A stretch of DNA of 64,000 nt from the human T2T-CHM13v2.0 reference genome, Homo sapiens. Every line of letters begins with the position of its first letter. Within the stretch, counting starts at the first letter, position 1. Positions 1 through 14,216 of this stretch are shown here, piece after piece. A model generated the notes under the pieces. The model saw only the letters and a list, made by a program, of their open reading frames with translations. It ran no database searches and was not told the origin of the DNA. The position numbers and the translations under genes are program-made. Location: NCBI RefSeq assembly GCF_009914755.1, contig NC_060934.1. One strand, 5' to 3'.

Positions 1-110
1 GAAAGAAAGAAAGAAAAAGAAAGAAAAGAAAGAAAGGAAGGAAAGAAAAAAGCAAGCAAGCAGACAGGAAGGAAAGAGAGAGAGAGAGGTAAGGAAGGAA
101 GGAAGGAAGA
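1..110. repeat. compound purine microsatellite (GAAA/GGAA/GA)n
   Basis: Directly visible GAAA, GCAA, GA and GGAA runs. Confidence 0.95.
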
Positions 111-1282
111 TGTACCAAGGTCCTGTGACTGATGGGATGGTGGGTGGAGAGGAAAGAGGAGTGTCACAAGTTGCAGGATAAAATTTAGGGACCTAGGAAG
201 AAGCCATAACACTTAGAATCTTAAAGACCATATCAAGGATGATTTTGCTATGATCCAGATGACAAAAGACTCCTCATAAGGCTGGCTAGAAACTAAAATT
301 CCCCACTTAGCAATTCATTCTTTTCAACTTAGAGTCTAAACACATATGGGAGGGAATTATTCTGATGACTTGATGTAAATGATTTCTCTGAAAACAGATT
401 TTATTCGGGGAGGAGTGAATGCTTTCTCTTACTAAAATCCTGAGCGAAGGAAAGGAAAATACTGGGTGGTTACTTCACACTTCAGTCCATAGAGGCCCTT
501 ATAGCAATGCCTCAGTGGGAGCAGGAGAGTGACATATCTCCTAGTTGTTCCTAGTGGCCAAAACCTTTCTTCTCTGTGAATGGTAAGGATCACATCTAGG
601 ACCTGGAGGTCAGAAAGCAGCAGCCCTAGAGCTATCTATGTGTTCAGAAAAACCAGCAAGAGCTCAGGCCAGTGTGATGTGGTGTGTCTGCAGAGCAGCT
701 GTGGAGCCTGTGTTTTTATACTTTCATAAATTATGTGATACAGGGAACAGCTATTGCTTGGAGCTCCTGAGTATTTGAAAATAAGAGTGACACAAGATTT
801 GGCTCAAGTTAGCCAGGTTGCTAAGCAATTATGGGCATATTGTGATTCTAGATTTCACCTTCCTCTGTCTCTTCGGGTTCCTTGAAGTGTTACAGTTTCT
901 TTTATCTTTCGTTTCTCCTGCCCTTCTTCTTGATTTTTCTGTTTCCTCCTATCTTCCTTTTGTCTTTTCCCCTTATTTTGAAAAGGAAAGTCACAGGTGT
1001 TTGACAACCCAGTGCTCCCTGTATATCTTATAGTCCGCAGTTTGATCATCAACAACCAGTTTCCAAATTTTACAGATGGTCACTGTCCACAGGCATAAGA
1101 GTCAGTTATACCTTCAGGAATACCTAGAAGCTTTTTTCTTCCAGTTAGTCCCAGAAAATATAAACCTCCTCTCACTTCATATATCACCCCACGCACCTGT
1201 TTTTCAAACCCCTGCTCTTTTAGATTTTAAGGCCTCTGATGCAATGACAAAATTCATGAGGGTGCCTTGAAAACCAATGGCA

Positions 1283-1595
1283 GGCCAGGCGTCGTGGCTC
1301 ACGCCTGTAATCCCAGCACTTTGGGAGGCCAAGGCAGGCAGATCACGAGGTCAGGAGATAGAGACCATCCTGGCTAACACAGTGAAACCCCGTCTCTACT
1401 AAAAATACAAAAATTTAGCCGGGCGTGGTGGTGGGTGCCCGTAGTCCCAGCTACTTGGGAGGCTGAGGCAGGAGAATGGTGTGAACCTGGGAGGCAGAGC
1501 TAACAGTGAGTCGAGATCGTGCCACTGCATTCCAGCCTGGGTGACAGAGCGAGACTCCGTCTCAAAAAAGAAAAACAAAAAACAAACAAAAAAAA
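1283..1595 (+). mobile_element. AluY, full length
   Basis: GGCCAGGCG start, Y-type GATCACGAGGTC and GGCTAACAC, A-rich tail, TSD CCAATGGCA on both sides. Confidence 0.95.
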
Positions 1596-2899
1596 TCCCA
1601 ATGGCAGAGAGAGGCTGCCCCACATGCCCTGGCTGAGACCATCCAGTTCAGCGGGACGGACCTTGTAGGAGTATCACTTCAATGGGTAGGATGTATTTTC
1701 TAGTGCAGTGATTGATTACTTCCTCTATAAATTAAGGAAAACCTCCTTAGCTGAGGAGTGTCTTATTAAGAAGTCTTTCAAGCACTAAATGCTTTCAGCA
1801 TTCTCTGGGCAGTAATGGCATTGCTAAAGTCATGGAAAAATACAGCGCTTCCCTTTGTGACATTAACACCTTCCTAAAAATCAAAAGTTTACTTGCTAAG
1901 GCCACAGCAGAAAGGATTTAAGGCAGTGTCTGCAACTCCAATCAGTAGCCATATCTTCCTTGGTTCTCACTTAGCATGGAATCTTTGAGTTCTTGGAATG
2001 GGATCCAAAGTTTAGCTGTTTGAAAAGCCAAATATGGAGAAATTACTCTTTGGGTACCCAACTGCATACATTGAAATGCATAGGTTTTCTCTTGTGTTTT
2101 TATGTGGGCAGGAGGATATTTAATTGTTGATTGATGCAGGAGGGATGGGGAAAGAGGGGATGGAGCAGAGAGAAATGAGGGGAGCATATCTCTGCCCAGC
2201 TGCTTGGCTCAGTTTTGGTTCCTGAAGAGGGAGTGGTTAGGGGAGACTGTGAAGAAGCTATTTTAATTGGAGTTCTGTGAGTCCGTGGTCAAAGTAGCAT
2301 AAATTGTGAGTAGCAGCTCAGAAGACACAATGCTGTGTGGAGCTTGGAAAGAACCATTTCCCAGTGCTGCAGGAACTTTGGGACTGATGGATTTTGGAGC
2401 ATGGAGCCTGGTTCCCCAGATACAGGCATTAGTGTTCTCACAAGAACAGTAAATGGAAAGGAATGAGACAGAGAAGGAGAGACAGATTAGAATAGACTAA
2501 CTGGCTGATAGATGGGGCAATCCCTGGAGACTCTTACAGATTCTTGGGAGGGTTCTGATGAGGTATTTTGTCTACTTTATTCTCCTGGAATTAAGCATCA
2601 TTGAGGACTTAAGTAACATTAAGCAAAGTTTGGGGCCCTTATGTAGAAAGAGCATAGGCCAAGATACTAAAGTTCTGAGTTTGGGTCCTGCTTTGACTAG
2701 TAATGGAATGTAAGCTTTTGAATAAATTAGTTCCTTTTTTTGTGGCTGCAGTTGTTTTTTCATTTTAAAATTAAGAATTTGGGGCTAAAGACCTATTAGC
2801 TTCTTTCAGATCTAGTAATCTAAACCTTTTTTCACTTCTAAGCTAAAGAGATTCTTGAAAATATTAGAAGCATTCAGATCAAGGTGTTTCCATGCTTAC

Positions 2900-3445
2900 A
2901 CCTGTTCAGTCAGTCCCCGTTGCATAGGGAATGAGACCTGAGCCTGGCTCATGGTCTCAGGGTGCTTCTGCCCTAGCCCTTTTTTCCCTCTCTGGTCTCT
3001 CTACTATTTCTTCTAAAGTCTCCTTGCTCCAGCTGCATGGGCCTTCTTTGTATTCTTTTAATCTTCTAAGTTCATTCTTACCTCTAGACCTTTGAAGATT
3101 TTCTCTCCTCTGGTTGGAAGACTCTTCTCAGAGGTTGTCACAAGCTGGATTCTTCTCATTATATTGAGAAATAGTTCAAATGTTTGTCAGAAGGATCTAT
3201 AAGTAAAATCATAACCCCCACCCAGACGTTGTCTCTCACATTTTCCTGTTTTAGTTTATTCATAGCGCTCTTGATATTCTGTAATTATCTTGCTTGTTTG
3301 CTTATTTGTTCTAACTCTTCGTCACTGAAAATTAAGCCTTTTGAGAACAGGAAACTTGTTTGTCTTATTCAGCACTTAGAATAGTGGCCAACCTATAAAA
3401 AGTGTCAAAAATCCTTCATTTAATGCATGAAATAAACGAATAATA
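2900..3445 (+). mobile_element. L2 (L2a-like) 3' fragment
   Basis: Degenerate L2 3' end (CAGCACTTAGAATAGTGG...AATAAACGAAT). Confidence 0.7.
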
Positions 3446-3664
3446 AAAAACTCAGCATCCTCATTATTGACTGGTCACAAGAGTGTCTCAGAAGCAATAG
3501 CGTCTATAGAAAAGGGATCCTTTTAAACTTTAGCTTAGATTTGAGGATATCGTTTACTCTTTCTATGTTTTTGAGTACTTACACATAAAATAGGTGACTT
3601 ATTCACCTAGATTTCAGCCAAAGTGAAGTCTGAAAACAACAAAGGAATGTTTTCAAATCATGTG

Positions 3665-3890
3665 AATAAGAGTAACATTTACGGATTACTTAGTCTGATC
3701 TGGGCCTTGTGCAAGGAACACTGGTACTGTTTATCTCCTTTCATCCTCACAGCAAAATTGTTATACAGATGTTTTAATTCTCATTTTTTTCAGGTGAAGA
3801 AGCAGTAAGTCACTTTTCCAAGCCTCATAGCTAGTGAATAACAGGTTGAGAATTGCAGGTCAGAGAAACTCAGATTTTGTGTCTCTGCCA
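3665..3890 (-). mobile_element. MIR
   Basis: Reverse MIR core ATCCTCACAGCAA...CTCATTTTTTCAGGTGAAGAA. Confidence 0.7.
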
Positions 3891-4454
3891 GATGGCTTCC
3901 CACATACTTTATAATGTTACTGCTATGCCTGAAAAGAATTAGTTTTATGACATTTTAGGTCCAATTGATGCTGGACATAACTCCATGTGGAGCCTAACCT
4001 TGTCTTCTATTTCTGGCAGACAACGGAGAAAAGAGAGGTGTTGTCATTTAGAGGACATATAAAACCAAGGTCTTTGCCACTTATAGTCAATAAAATCTTC
4101 ACAATGCATTTTCCATGACTGTTCTGGATAAATTCCAGTGGGAGCAATTAGCTTTAACACCTTTAAATGTCTGCAATACTTTCAGTTGTTTAGTGTATTC
4201 TGAGTGTCCACCTAATTTGTAGTACATTAACCACGAACTGTGAATGTCAATTTCCTCCAAACTCCAGAAGAGAATGCATCCCAAGGAGGAAGAAATAAGG
4301 CAACCAATATATTGCAGGATATATGATGGATACATATGAAGGATAGAAACTCATGAGAGTGAAAAGAAGGGAGAAGAAGAGGGAAGAAGATACAAGGGAA
4401 AGGTAGAAGAGCTAAAAAAGGAATAAAATATGATCATAATTATAACCATAATCA

Positions 4455-4690
4455 TAGTAACAAACATTTATTGAGCTTGAATGATTATTATGTTCTAGTT
4501 CATATTCTATGAGTTTTCAATTATTAATTCATGCACCCCTCAAAACAATTCTATGAAGTTGGCAATATTATCCACATTTTGCAGATACGCAAACTGAGGC
4601 ACAGAAAATGTAAGTAATTTGGTCAAGGTCACTGATATATGCAAGAAACAGATGCCATATGCACTGGATGTAGAGTCTGCATTTTTAAGC
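4455..4690 (-). mobile_element. MIR
   Basis: CATTTTGCAGATACGCAAACTGAGGCACAGAAAATGTAAGTAATTTGGTCAAGGTCAC matches the reverse MIR core. Confidence 0.85.
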
Positions 4691-6162
4691 AAAATGATAT
4701 AAAATCTGATGGCATGGCTAACCTTAAATATGTTTCTTTGAGGTGGAGTTATGGAGAGATCGTTGTTTGCCTGTGTGTATGGTGCATTAAACAAGTCTCC
4801 TCACCTCAAATATCTTTCTCTTTAGGCCATCAATGATAAATGAAACATCTTAAAAGATGTATTTCATTGTAATAACTACTGTATAACATACTGTTTTAAT
4901 GAGAACACGGTATAGTTTGCTATGCATATTGAGTAGCTCTGAGTATCTCTCCTCTCTTCTGGGTTAAAAAAATCAAAGAGAAATAGGGAGAGGCACCATT
5001 ACTAGTAAACCTAGAATGGAGAACCCATCTTAGACCAGAGGATTGAGAAAGCCTTTCTCTTTCTTTCCCTATTGAAATGAACTGAACTCTCACCTAGTGA
5101 CAAGGTGAGAACATGGAGGATGGTAGATTTACTCTTGCAGGTCTAGCCTGGTCCTCTCACCAAATGGGAGATGCAGCCAAACCATTTCCAGGGCTTTTCT
5201 CTCCATAAAGCATGCAGCACAGGCAAGAAATTAAAGGTCAGGAGATTGGGCTTACATAATCAGATAAATCACTCCTCTTATTAAAAAGAAAGAGTGAAGG
5301 GTGGAGCCATAGAGGATGGGAAGCACACCTTCAATACCCTTTTTTTTATTATTGGAATGAAAGAAAGCAAATAAACAGCACTCCTCATGAAGTAAAACAA
5401 TCCTTTCCAACTGACACCATCCAAGAGGAGATAGCAATGAACAGGCACAGAACTAGAAGTTGAAATGCCTTGGTGTGGAGGAACTGGAGGATCCTGCACA
5501 TGGGTATCAGTTGAAGAGGCCTGAACTGTGAATGGATCCTCTTGAGTGCCCGGAACACAGCATGAAGGCTGGATTTGACTGTGGTGTGACTGACTGTGAT
5601 ACCACATAGAGGTAGAAAGTTGAAAGGAGAACTGGAGAAATGCTAAAGATAACCTGTTCTCCTCTTTTTCTTAATTTTACTGTTGGCATCTGACGCTAGT
5701 GTAAAAAGTAGACTGAAAAGATCATATTATATTATTAAGAATAACAACTGCAGCTGCCATGATTTCATACATTTTTCTAAGCAGCAACTTATATTTAGTT
5801 ACTTCTGTATATGGATACTAAATATATGTCATAACAAAGTAATGGGTGGTTACTCTGATCATTAATAATTCTTAAGGTAGTCAATGCAATATTGTTAATA
5901 TATTGGCCACTTTGAATGACAGGGTACCCAGGAAATAACATGTCATTCCCTAGTTTTCCATTGCCAGTTGGTGATAATTGCAATTCAGTAAAAAACATAG
6001 AATGAAGTATTCTGGTGTTTTTTATAATAATGTCAGTGGAAACAAGATAAGTTGGTATTATAGATGCCATTAAACATTATTCAGATAGGAAAACTGTTGT
6101 GAATGTAGGAGGTCCAGTTTGCCTTGTTGAAAATGTATTGAGCTTCTCTTCTCAGATAAGAT

Positions 6163-6559
6163 TTTTTGTTTGAATGCATGTGTTCCTCCAAAATTCATAT
6201 GTTGCATTTAAACCTGCCGGTCATGGTATTAAGTGGGGCCTTTGGGAGGTGATTAGGACATGAGGGCAGAGCCCTCATAGGTGGGATTGATGCCTTACAA
6301 AAAAAGCTTGAGGAAGAGAATTAGTCCCTTTTACCCTTTCACCTCTCACCATGAGAGGACACAGTGTTTGTCCTCTTTGGAGGATACAGCAACAAGGTGC
6401 CATCTTAGAAGCAGAGAGAAAGTCCTCACCAGACATTGAATCTGCAGGCACCTTGATCTTGGATTTCCCAACCTCCAGAACTGTGGAAAATAAATTTCTA
6501 TTATTTATAAATTACCCAATCTCTACTATTTTCTTATAGCTGCAGAATGGACTGAGACA
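6163..6559 (+). mobile_element. ERVL-MaLR solo LTR (MLT1A/MST group)
   Basis: CCTCCAAAATTCATATGTTG...GCACCTTGATCTTGGATTTCCCAACCTCCAGAACTGTG...AATAAA...GACTGAGACA end. Confidence 0.85.
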
Positions 6560-7359
6560 ATTTTGTCATCTCAACTGGTGAATCATTTCACTAAAGATTT
6601 TTAACTATCAAGTGTTTTTCAGAGATTTTTCTTTTAGGAATTTATATGCATTGATTATTTTGAAATTATACATACAATTGGGGCAGGTGGTATCTTTTTA
6701 CAAATTAACATTTTCACAAAAACATTAGTGTGTATACATCTTGAACTCTTTCGGCAGGAATAATAATTTCAGATGACAATGTATGGATGGACTAAAGTGG
6801 CCACTCCACAAATTTATAATAGTGTATGCTGGTGTTTACAAGCTAACAGGCATTGAGACCTGTTAGCTTTTCATTTTCTTTTCTTTGATTTATATGGACA
6901 ACATAAATTAATCCATACATGGCATCACAGTTAATGGGAATGTGTACTCTACTTGTTCAATTAAATAAAGAGATATGGGGACACTTTTGTTTCTTCCCTA
7001 TGTAACTATTAAATGTTCATGGAATAAAAACGCATGGTTGAAACTATTTTATCTTTACAGGTTCTGTACATTAGTGAGTTTTGAATCATTTATCTCTTTT
7101 TCTGTTTTTATTTATCTGTGACTTCTCATGCAGACAAATTAGAGGGTTGGTAAACAAACAGGTCCACAGATTGTCAGAGTTTTAGGAAACTTCCTTAAAG
7201 ATCAGCTGGGTCTCAGGTTGCAAAACCTGTCTGCTACAAGCTCATGCAGTAAGTTGGAGGCAGAGTAGAAATGACAACTCAGTTTCTCTGGACTCCAAGA
7301 TATTTTCATTATATAATCCTTGTTGGTATATTTACCACAGTGCAAAGTAGGTAAACATA

Positions 7360-8370
7360 GCTTTATTTATATGACTAGCCCCTATTATGTACCAGGGACT
7401 GTGCTATGGCACTGGAACACAGCTAGCTGCGAGCAGAATAGACACAATCCCTGACCTTGGGGTAAGAGGTGAGATGTTAAGACATCAAACATTACTGTAA
7501 AAGCAATAGAAATCTATTGAAGAATCTGACGCAAAAGTTTGACAGGGTCAGAGTTATGTACTACTAGACTCTTACTACCTGTCTGCAGAATGGAATAGAT
7601 AAACAAGGCTATAATCAGAGAGTATGACAACAGATGAACAAGAATTATGATGCCGAAGATGAAAAAATGTTTGGGAAATACATTTTGGAGAGTGAAACCT
7701 TAATTTGGTGTTTACTTAAAGACAGGAGAGATACAAAAAGAGGAGCCAAAAGTAACTTCTTATTTTCTGAATTGAGTGACTTTGTTGATGTTGTTGATTT
7801 TCACTGCAGGGGGAAAGAATGTTTTCAGTTCTGGTGATATACTCAGAGAGAGACGTCCTGTTAGCAGTGGGACATTCAAGTTTTGCCATAAGCTGTGGTA
7901 TCTAGATTATGGGTAGTTAACTAAGCTGTATTAGTGGAGGTGTTCAGCAATAGATCAACTATAGAATGCAAAGGAAAGAAGCTTACAGAATAACAAGTGA
8001 AGGATGAAAAAAGGGGAAAAAAGGATAAAATGCTGTACAGGACACTGGGTATTGGTCACAGATTAAAGGAAAAAATTAAAGGAGTCAGTTTATGAAAGAG
8101 GGAACTGTCCGCAGTGTTAAGTAATGTCAGAGAATAATAAAGATAAGGGCTGAAAATAGTTCACGATGTTTTAGAAAAAATAACTTATTTTTGACAACGG
8201 AGTGAGAAATTATTATGATATTATGAGGAAAATAAGCTGAATTATAGTGGGTTGAAAAATACATGACTACAACAGGCATATATCAATTTCTCAGGAACTT
8301 CCTTTTTGGATAGTGAAGAACTAGGGCTATAGAGGGGTCTATGTGATCCTAGAAAGGCTTTCTAATTATT
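7360..8370 (-). mobile_element. L2 fragments
   Basis: Reverse L2 3' end (CCTATTATGTACCAGGGACTGTGCTA...GACACAATCCCTGACCTT) followed by purine-rich degenerate L2 body. Confidence 0.55.
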
Positions 8371-8384
8371 TAAAAAAATATTTA

Positions 8385-8786
<402 letters not shown>

Positions 8787-9339
8787 CATATAAGCAAGGA
8801 TAAAAGGTGGAAAATTAACGAAGAAAACAAAGTCCCAGAAGGGCAGGTAGAGAAGATTTTCAAAATATAAGTGGAATGATTAGTCTTGGAGGGAGAATGG
8901 ACACATTTCTTACTGAAATAAGAGAGAAAGAGAAAGAGGTGTGTGCTGATGGAAGCCATCTTATGGGTGCTGGGCCAGTATGTTGGGACTTTTTAAAAAG
9001 GCTTCTATTTTTTTCTGGGATTTGGAGCTAGCAGTTACTGATGGAGGACCACAATTTGTATAAGGGATTTCCTGTGCAAAGATGCAGGGTTCCACCTGTA
9101 TTACCCCTCAGTCCTTTCCTTGCGTGTAATTTTACACACCAACAAAAATGAATTCTGTGAAAGCAACCTGGAAGACAGATGTCACAGCCAGCAATAGGTG
9201 CCAGACCTGTTGTGAAGCAATCCTTCTGACTGGTTGGATAGCAAATTTTTAGAAATCTTTAGAAATTGCAAGCTGAATCCATAAACATAATTTCATCCAC
9301 TTCTTGCGCAGTTTTATGCTTAAGACCATGTTGAAGGGA

Positions 9340-9500
9340 GGCCTTCTGCTCCAAAGTTATGTGATTGTATACTCCTCACTTAGTTTCTTATTCAGAATTC
9401 TTATCCATAATATGGAGGAAATATATACCTCACAGAGATATTGTGAAGATCAAAATAGAACATATATGGACATTTCTAGTAAGTATTCTTCACTTAACAA
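9340..9500 (+). mobile_element. MIR
   Basis: ATACCTCACAGAGATATTGTGAAGATCAAA resembles the MIR 3' part. Confidence 0.55.
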
Positions 9501-10298
9501 GCAAATAAATCCCAACACCAACTACCTTAAATAATAAATGTAAAATACAAGTAGGAGATGAGGCTGTCTCATGGAATTCAAGGATAGGAAACCTGCCAGG
9601 CTTTGCAAACAACTAGAACCAGGGACTTCAACGTCTTGTCCTTCAACAAGGATTTGTTCCTTGTCTCTTGTCTCTGATCACCTCTCCATAGCTACTTCAT
9701 TTCCACCCCACCTTTTAATGCAAAATTTCCCCTTCCATCTCTCTGGTCATTGGACATAAAATATGTTCATCGATTTCCAGATCTTTATTATTTCTCCCAT
9801 GGACATGGAAACCATGAGCAAACAATCTCTTTTTTAGTCCAAAAAATGATGGGAAGAAAATTGCATAGTTTGGTCTTAGTGTCTCATCTGAATCAATCAA
9901 ATGTTAGCAGGAATTCAGAACAACATGCGGCAAAATTGTGCTTCTTTATGGCAACCGTGAGGTTGATGGTGGGGGTGTGGGTGGGGTGGGGGCTAGTCCC
10001 ACAAAAGTGCCAATGTGAACAGAAGAAACAAAACATCAATACATAAATCACGATGCGCCACATCTGTGGATGATATTGGTGCAATCATAAATAATTGGCT
10101 ATTATAAGACTATACATTATAATCTATTATCCACTAGTCCCTGTATTCTTCTGGATTGTTTTTTTTTTTTTTTTCACCTTACAGTTACATTAAATGGACC
10201 CACCCCAAGTCTTTTTTCTACTTTATTGTTCTATTTTATATTTTATCATAGGGTACTGAAAGTGTCCTTTCCTGCCATCTAATGGAACTATTTCCACA

Positions 10299-10371
10299 AT
10301 CACACACACATACACACATGCCCACATATGCACACATACACACATATGCACACATACACCAGACACACACC
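10299..10371. repeat. degenerate (CA)n
   Basis: Interrupted CA/TA run. Confidence 0.85.
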
Positions 10372-10750
10372 AAATGTGGGACGGGAGACTCCCATCTACG
10401 TTTCTATATTCTCCTCTGATTAGCATCTTCTCCCTCTGGCTGAGGTGCTCTTGGAGCTTCTTGCTAAGGAGTATTGTTCTGATGAACATCAAAGTATTCA
10501 TAGTGGCAAAGATTCCACTGACTCCCTATCCTGCAGGAAATTCCAATTTTTGTCACTTGCTTCTTTAATTAAAAATAAATAATATAAATAAAGTATGATT
10601 CAGAAGAAACAAGAACAAATTATAAAGCATTTGTGCAAACATAGCCTTAATTAAACATACTGTTTCTTAAGTATACTAATTCCCTTCTACAAGTCTCTGA
10701 AATTTGTGTTGACTTTCAACTGAAATAGTCTCTCCCCAAAGCTTAGTAGG

Positions 10751-11320
<570 letters not shown>

Positions 11321-11604
11321 AAAAATAACTGACAAAGAGAATCTGGACCTTTCAGAAACAATGTAAAGAAGGGATTAAACAATGTAAAGAAGGGATTAAA
11401 ATCCTGATTATATAGCAAAATAACCTAAATCCAAAGCAGCTTTATGATAGACCTGATATTACACCACTGATAAGGACTGAGAAAGACTAGAACAAATAGT
11501 GATTATACCTTGTTTTTCCCTTTAAGCAGCACCTATTGCGGACAGGATCTTGATGAAACTTCACTGAAATGCTACAGTCAGCGTGTACAGGAAGTTGGAT
11601 TGGC

Positions 11605-11825
11605 ATATGGACCTTTGAGTCACAGAAATATGGTTTCCAATACAAGTTAACTATTGCATTATTATGCAATAGTTATTTTTCTCTGGGTCTTCTCCTGAAA
11701 TGGGAGTAATACTATCCACCTCATAGACCAGTCGTAGGACCTAGGTAAATGTATGGATGTAAAGTGATTAGCCCAGAATGTAGTCTACAGAAAGACTTCA
11801 AAAATATTGACTATTACTGTTATCA
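11605..11825 (+). mobile_element. MIR
   Basis: GAAATGGGAGTAATACTATCCACCTCATAG core. Confidence 0.7.
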
Positions 11826-13212
11826 TAGGATGTGAATGAGAGAAACAAGGCTTCTATTTGGAGTTCAGTGAATGATCTGATAGGCCTCTGAAAAAAACAT
11901 ATGCAAAGTCCCAGGTCTGGTCCTTGACAAGAAAATGCCGTTGTAAAGTGATAGTGGATGGGAAAAGTCACTTTCAACCTGGCCGTGACCAGAAAAATAA
12001 AATGGTAAAGGACTTGTCATGCTGTCTCAAAGACAGGGATCCCTTCTGATCAAGTATCAGCCAGAAAGTGCTCCTATTTGGAATGGTTTACAGTTCTCTT
12101 TATGGGGCCTTTATGCAGACTGGAAAAAGGCACTTTTTCCAGGATAACAATAATTAGAAAACCCTGATCCTTCAGTGTCAAGGGATCCCATGGGGACCAC
12201 CCTGCGGAGCGAGTGAGGCAGAGGTTCCTGGTTTGGCAAGAAGAGAGGTCCTGGATTAAGTTTCAGCTTTATGATCTTTATGCCCAGGGAAGCTTTCTGC
12301 AATATCCTGATCCTGCAGCAGTTCCCAGAGCTGGTGTCACCCAGTGAGCCTAGCCTACACGACACAGTACCATAATTTGGGAAACCATTACCCATTGCTT
12401 CTGAAAAATCAGAATATGGCAGAGAAAGGATAAAAGCAGGAATTGTGAGGTTATTCAGCTGTAGACTGCAACTTCACTAGCCTCCTCTTAGAGGGAGGCT
12501 CTGGAATTTGTTCGAGAGAGAAGTTGAGCTTCGTTTAGACAGTTTTGTTGCAAACAAACACCCGCAGGGATCGAGGCCATTCTTCCCTCCCAGATTATGT
12601 GGACACTTATTTATCTGTTTTTATTATTTCTTTTTCTATAAAAATTGGGAGGCTCTTGTTGAGATACAGTGTTTGCCCTCTGGATGTGTTTTCTTTTTCC
12701 TGTAAACACTCCCGTCTCCATAGTTTTGCACTTGTTGGTCAAGGGAATGATTGGGAGCATAGAAACTGAAGTTCCATTTTACTCATTCTGCCAGGAAATT
12801 GTGAATAAATTGGGACGACAAGAAGAACTACAATTTCTGCCCATGTACACTATTTTCTGATATTGTTGGGGAATTTGGAAAATATTTTGTCTAATTTTCT
12901 GCACTTTAACTCAAATTGGCATAATGTGTCATGTTTCTGCGCCTGCTCAAGGAACTTTGTGGCTGTTGTCAATTGTATCCAATGTAAGCTCTCTGGCTGG
13001 ATGTCGAAGTTTCTGTTTGTTGGCTTATTCTACCCAATTCACCATTATTTTTCCCTTTTTCAGAAAACTCTTTTCCAGGCAGCTTAGTCTCTTCATTGCC
13101 AGACATCTTTGCCAAAAGTATTTAATTTATTTTTTATTTTAAAAATCCAATTTAGTTATAGCAAATAATACATGAATTTTGCTGTGGAAAAATGCTAAAA
13201 CTTTAGAGAGCT

Positions 13213-13590
13213 TGTGTGGCAGAGATTGGCTGGTTTTCAAACAAATCTGTGTTTTCTTAATGGTCCATGACCTAACATCTAATTTACTCCACATAAAGCA
13301 TCTTCCAGATAGTGGTGTTGAGAAGAGGGTGTGCTTCCCCCATTTCCTCTCTCTTTCCCCATCAGTCAGCCGAGGATGACAGGATAATTTCCAAATTACA
13401 TGTTGAACATGGTGAAGCCATAACTTGGTTAGCCATGATTTCTTAGCCACCACTTTAAGAAGAGCCACTCAAGAGAGCTATACAGTCCAGAACATCTACA
13501 TTGAAACTTTCTTGTAAGACGTAGAAAAAATAAACCTTTCTTCTCATAGGACTCTGAAATTTGTGGACTGTTTGCTATAGAGATATCTGA
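13213..13590 (+). mobile_element. ancient ERVL/MaLR-type LTR (LTR16/LTR33/MLT1-like)
   Basis: TGTG start, CATGTTGAACATGGTGAAGCC motif, AAATAAACCTTT...GAAATTTGTGGACTGTTTGCTATAG end. Confidence 0.45.
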
Positions 13591-13734
13591 TTCTACAGGT
13601 TGCAAGAACTTCCAAGGTTGAGAGAGTGAATTGATACTGTGTCCCTTAATTAACTGAAAAAAATTTAACCCCATCTCCATAAAAGTAATTAGTAATAGCC
13701 ATCAAATAAGAAGAGACTTATAGAATAATGGAAG

Positions 13735-13925
13735 AGCCCTCAAACTTGTCTGGCTATTAGAATTTCCCAGGTAACTTCAAAAAATAAGAATGCCTGGATT
13801 CATCCCCCAGATCCATTAAACCAGATTCACTGATTTAGACCTAGCGCATAGGTCTAAATCAGTGTTAGCATTAAAAAAAATAAACTCTCCAAATGAATCT
13901 AACATACATGTAGGATTGAGAACTG
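13735..13925 (+). mobile_element. MER5A/MER5-family hAT-Charlie MITE
   Basis: CTCAAACTT...TTAGAAT...CATCCCCCAGA...TTGAGAACTG termini. Confidence 0.7.
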
Positions 13926-14216
13926 AATTTGATGGACTTTGAAAACAGGTGGCACATGAAAGAAACAGATGAGTGTAGAGGGAGGTAGGAGCCACAGTGA
14001 GATTGCGCTTCTCACCTAGATCCCACCAGCCCTGTGTGTCAACAACAATTTGAGGATTCTTACTAATGCACTCAATTGGGGAAAAAAGCATGATTAACAT
14101 ATATAAGTTTCAGCTTTTTTGTTTTACTTAAGAGGATTGGAACCTGGTGAAAAAGGTAGTGAACAGACTGCCTCTAATGAAGGCTGAGACTTCAGGGTGA
14201 TACACTGAAATATGGA

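Noticed and set aside
5281-5689. 108-aa minus-strand ORF in unique DNA as a possible exon
   Set aside because: Non-ATG start, no recognisable domain and no convincing splice sites; a lncRNA exon cannot be excluded
12111-12395. 94-aa ATG-initiated minus-strand ORF
   Set aside because: No recognisable homology, and the length is within chance expectation
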